A stretch of DNA of 64,000 nt from Gracilinanus agilis. Lineage: Eukaryota. A model generated the notes under the pieces. It was given only the letters and a program-made list of their open reading frames with translations. It made no database searches and was not told the origin of the DNA. The position numbers and the translations under genes are program-made. This document shows, piece by piece, positions 59,801 through 64,000 of the stretch (position 1 is its first letter; every line of letters begins with the position of its first letter). The DNA lies in NCBI RefSeq assembly GCF_016433145.1, contig NC_058132.1:88270260-88334259 (forward strand), written 5' to 3'.

Positions 59801-62800
59801 CACTATGGAGTGAGCTCTCTAGGGACAAAGCCCAGGACTGGACATTGATGAAATAATTGGAAAGGAGTGAATAGACTTGACTCTTTGGAAACTTCAAATC
59901 TGATTGGAGAAACATGATTCTTGTTTTTGGGAAAGCTTTTAGTCTGATGGTAAAGATGGGATCTTGGCACGCAGAGAACATTCAGTATCATGAGAGAGAA
60001 GTGGGTATTGTTCACAAGGATCTGACGGTCTGAGCTAGATCTTCTCTACAGCTACACAGGACATGTGCAATGGGGTATATAGACCACCTAGCATGTTGGA
60101 ATAATTGTATAACCATGGGGTTCATCAGGAAAAAAAAACTTCCTAGAGAAAATGAGAGAAGAAAAAAAAAGAATGTAGCTTAATAATTGGGATTGGCAGG
60201 GGTTCAATGTTAATGGAAAGGAGACAGAATGACATACTCAAAGACAGAGAAAAACAAGTCATGCTCTGTAGGAAAATAGCCACAAAATTGGGAAAATGAA
60301 TTAAAAAGTAATCAGCCAGTCAATTGATACATTCTCCCATGGTAAGAGAATGGGAAAGATCAGAGGACCTTAAATCTGGAGACATGGATTTTTGGTTGTA
60401 CTTCTATCAATTACTAGCTATGTGCCTTTGAGCATGTGACAAACTCTCTGAGCATCAATATCCTCATCTGAAAAATAGGGATAATATTTACACTATCTAC
60501 CTCACAAAATTCATTTCAAAAAATTGTTTTTTAAACCTTAAAGCATCACATAAAGGTGAATACAATAACTGTAAAGCACTTAGCATAGCACCTGACATAT
60601 AGTAGGCACTTTAATAGTATGCTTATTTTATTATTGCTATAAATTATTATTATTCACAGTGACTGTAATGCCTACTGTCCTTCTCCCTCCTTTTCTTTAA
60701 CTGACACACCCTTTCAGCTATAGAGGTTCCCCAGTAACCTCTCTATTTTCTCTGTTCTAGGAACTTACTCTTCATCCTCCCAGGAAATCCATTAGTATTT
60801 AATAGTCTTACTTCTCAAACTGTCTACTGTCCATTTTGAACTGGATGACCCATAGCCTTCTTCTTCTTCTTCTTCTTTTTAACTCTTACCTTCCATCTTA
60901 GAATTGATACTGGGTATTGGTTCCAAGGCAGTGGTGAGGGCTAGGCAATTGGAATTAAATAAGTTGTAACTTAAGTAACTATAATTTAAGTCACATAACT
61001 AAGAAGTATCTGAGGCAAGATTTGAACCCAGGACTTCCCACCTCCAGGCCTGGCTTTCTATCTACCTAGCTGTTTCCCCTTTTGCATAGAATTCTTAAAC
61101 TCAACAGGTACAAAACTAAATTTATTATATTTTCCCCCAAATCCTTCCCTTTTCCCTACTTCCCTTGACTGTCCAGAGTACTACTATCCTTCCAGACACT
61201 CAGATTCAAAATCAATGTATCATCCTCCACTCCTACTCTCAATCCCCATATCTAATCATTTGCCAAGACCTATTGATTAACATTGTAATGTCTCTCTTAT
61301 ATTCTGCCTTCCATCCTCTGACACCACAAATACTCTGGTGCAGATAAAATTGATTTTCCTGAAGCTCAGGTCTGACCATGTCACTCCACCTTCTTGATAA
61401 ACTCCAGCAGCTTCCTATTATCTCTAGCATCAAATATAAAATCTTCTGTTTTGAATATCACAGCCTTTCATAACCTAGCTCTTACTTATCTCCAGGTATT
61501 CTTAAGGTCCAGTGACACTGATGTCTTGGCTGTTCTTCTCATAAGACACTGTCTACCAACATCAGCTTCCTCCCATACCTATAATGTTCTTCCTCCTCTT
61601 ATCTATTTCCTATCTTCTCTAGCTTCCTTCTGCTAAAGTCTCACTTTCTGCAAGAAACCTTTCCTTAATGACAAGTGGCTTCTCTCTCAGACTTTCTCCA
61701 ATTTATCTTGGATATTTTTTGTTTGTGCATAGTTTACATCTTGTTTCTCTTGGAAGCTCTTTAAGGACAAGATATGCCTTTGCCTTTCTTTGTATTGCTA
61801 GTACAGAATAGGTGTTTAATAAATGCTTATTGACTGACTAATAATAGTAATACTATTAAGTTCTTTCATTTGTATAGGGCAAAGTACTTGCCAAAGAGCT
61901 TCCCCACTCATTCTTCCATCTAATAGTCACACCATTACTGAGAAGGAAGCAGGACAGGGCTTTTCTTCTCATCATAAGATAAGAAAACTGAGAACTTTGG
62001 AAATCATTGACTTTCTACAAAGTCCAATAGTGTATTAATTGCAGGATAATGACTAAAACATTCATACTCCCCTTTATGGCTCTTCCTGAGAATCTTGCTG
62101 TGCCTGTAGATTCATATTTCTCTGCCTACCTCTAGATGAGATGGAGGAAAAATAATGCCCTTCATCTAAAGAGGATGAAGATCAAATGCCTGGAGGCTAG
62201 ATTTGGACCCGAGAACTGAAGACTGCATCTGCTATTGGGATTCAGGTTATATTGAGGACTAAGGCAAGAATTGGTGGTAGAATTAAATTTGTACCATAAA
62301 ATGGAAATGGTGGTGGGACCATGGGTTCATGTTCAAGGAAATGGCTGATGCCATGACTATCTTTTATATTTTGCAAAGTTCTTTCATATGTTATCTCATT
62401 TGAGCCTCACAACAACCCTGTAAGATAAGTAGGGGAGGGTAGATATTATGACTCCCATATCATTTATATTATTCCCATTGTATCGAGAATAGTAATATTA
62501 TCAAGTTCTTTTATTTGTATAGGAAACAATATTTCAGAAGATTTGAATGATTTGCTCAGGATTATATAACTAATAAGTTCCATAGACAAGATTTGAAGCC
62601 AGGTCTCACTTGACTCTGAGTCCACTGGTATATCATTGATATTGGGGTGTGAGCTTCCCCTAGACATCCCCAAACCCCAAAGGTGTCCCATGTCAGAGAA
62701 TACATAAAGAATTCACTTTCCCTGGCATTCCTGCAGTGCTGAGGAAAGGTGACTTTGAGCTGAGAGGAATACCCCCTTTGGCCTCTCATCCCATTCTTGA

Positions 62801-64000
62801 TGAATACAGAGAAGCACCTTCCAAGTTGCTTCTGTTTGGAGCTCAGATATCTAACCACCCCCTAAACTGCACAAATTCACTCCCTTTTGACTTTGAGACA
62901 TAGGACATAAGCACATGACCCATTTCTGGTCCCAGAGTCCCAAAAACATCACTCCATCATCCCACCATCATCCCATCTCTAGTCACATAGACCTTATTGT
63001 CAAGAAGGTTTAAATATCCCAAATCCCATCTCCTCTGGGAGGCAGTATTCCACCTGCTCCTGCCTCCTGTCCACTCATCTCAAATTATTCAACTTGCATT
63101 AAACTTAATACATTTTTTTTCTATTTTTAAGCTAATTATAGGAACCTTGTCTTTTCTGAAGGTGTCCCTTCCAGCCCAGGTTCCCTAATCAGTTTTCCCA
63201 CATCATCTTGACACTATATCATGAAATGGAGCCTGGGCTGGAAAGCTGGTCCTGATTTACTGAAGAGCCTAAAGTCATCTAATATGAGTTCCTTTATCTT
63301 TTTCTCTTTTATACCACAAACCTCTATTTTTTTCCATCTCTCATCATAGTCCCTTTTTCTTCTGTCGTACATGAGGAATTATCTCCATTTCCCAAGGCTA
63401 ATCCCTTTACCAATTTCCTAGAGCCCAGTTTTTTCTTTCTTCTCTGAAGCCTCCCACAATCACCTCCTTTCTTACATGTATCTCCAATACTTCCATGGCC
63501 ATTTGACTATTTTTCTTAGCTTTTCTTCCATAAATTAAAGAAGGAAAAAAAAAGACATCATTTTCCCTGGATCCTTCAAGCTGTTATCTTAGCTTTCTCT
63601 TCCTTCTCTATCAATGTTTTAGGAATATATGCCATATTCCTTGTCCATATTTACTACCCATTCAGCCCTCAGTCCAAAGTAATTTGTTTTCAATCCCTTT
63701 CATTCCAATGAGAGTGCTATCTGTCATATGACTAAGGACCTTCCAATTACCAAATCCCAAAACCTTTTCTCAGACTTATCTTTCCCAGCATTTACTGTTA
63801 TTTACCATTCCCTTTCTTCTGCTTGTTCTCTTTTTTTCAGCCTCTGTGACATTACTCCCCCAATCCCCAATTCTTTTATCAAAATAGTATTCATTTTCTT
63901 TTGATAGTTTATCTTCTACCCTATTAAACTCAATAATTTAATAGTAGGCCAATTAGTAATGGCCTACTATTTGCAAAGCATTGTATCAGAATGAAGGGAT

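Noticed and set aside
62900-63200. Candidate OR51J1 promoter (TCCCAGAG sites, TAATTA, TATTTAAA)
   Set aside because: Short motifs without a clear splice donor; too weak to call.
1-64000. CRISPR arrays, rRNA, prokaryotic systems or globin genes
   Set aside because: None seen. The DNA is marsupial, and proximity to beta-globin is inferred only from OR51 synteny.

Overview
Mammalian genomic DNA, almost certainly a didelphid opossum (young SINE1_Mdo-type SINEs, marsupial L1 3' ends, marsupial hAT/Tigger MITEs), from a draft assembly with three sized N gaps. The window is part of the class I olfactory receptor (OR51) cluster, which in therians flanks the beta-globin locus. It has four intact single-exon OR51 genes: OR51I1 (-), OR51I2 (+), an OR51K-like gene (-) and OR51J1 (-), plus a possible truncated OR remnant. 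The standout is an intact, intronless FTSJ1/TRM7 tRNA 2'-O-methyltransferase gene (43865-44923). It has its own CpG-island promoter (CRE, CCAAT, GC box) and a long acidic tail, and sits between OR genes. It is a likely out-of-X retrogene, with a MYB-site-rich LTR about 4 kb upstream. The rest is repeat-dense (L1, L2, L3/CR1, MIR, SINE1, LTRs, Tigger, several hAT MITE families with intact TIRs/TSDs). One hAT MITE carries a near-consensus CTCF site between the divergent OR51I1 and OR51I2 genes. Gene and repeat names come from my recall of reference sequences, not database searches. Boundaries of old repeats are approximate.
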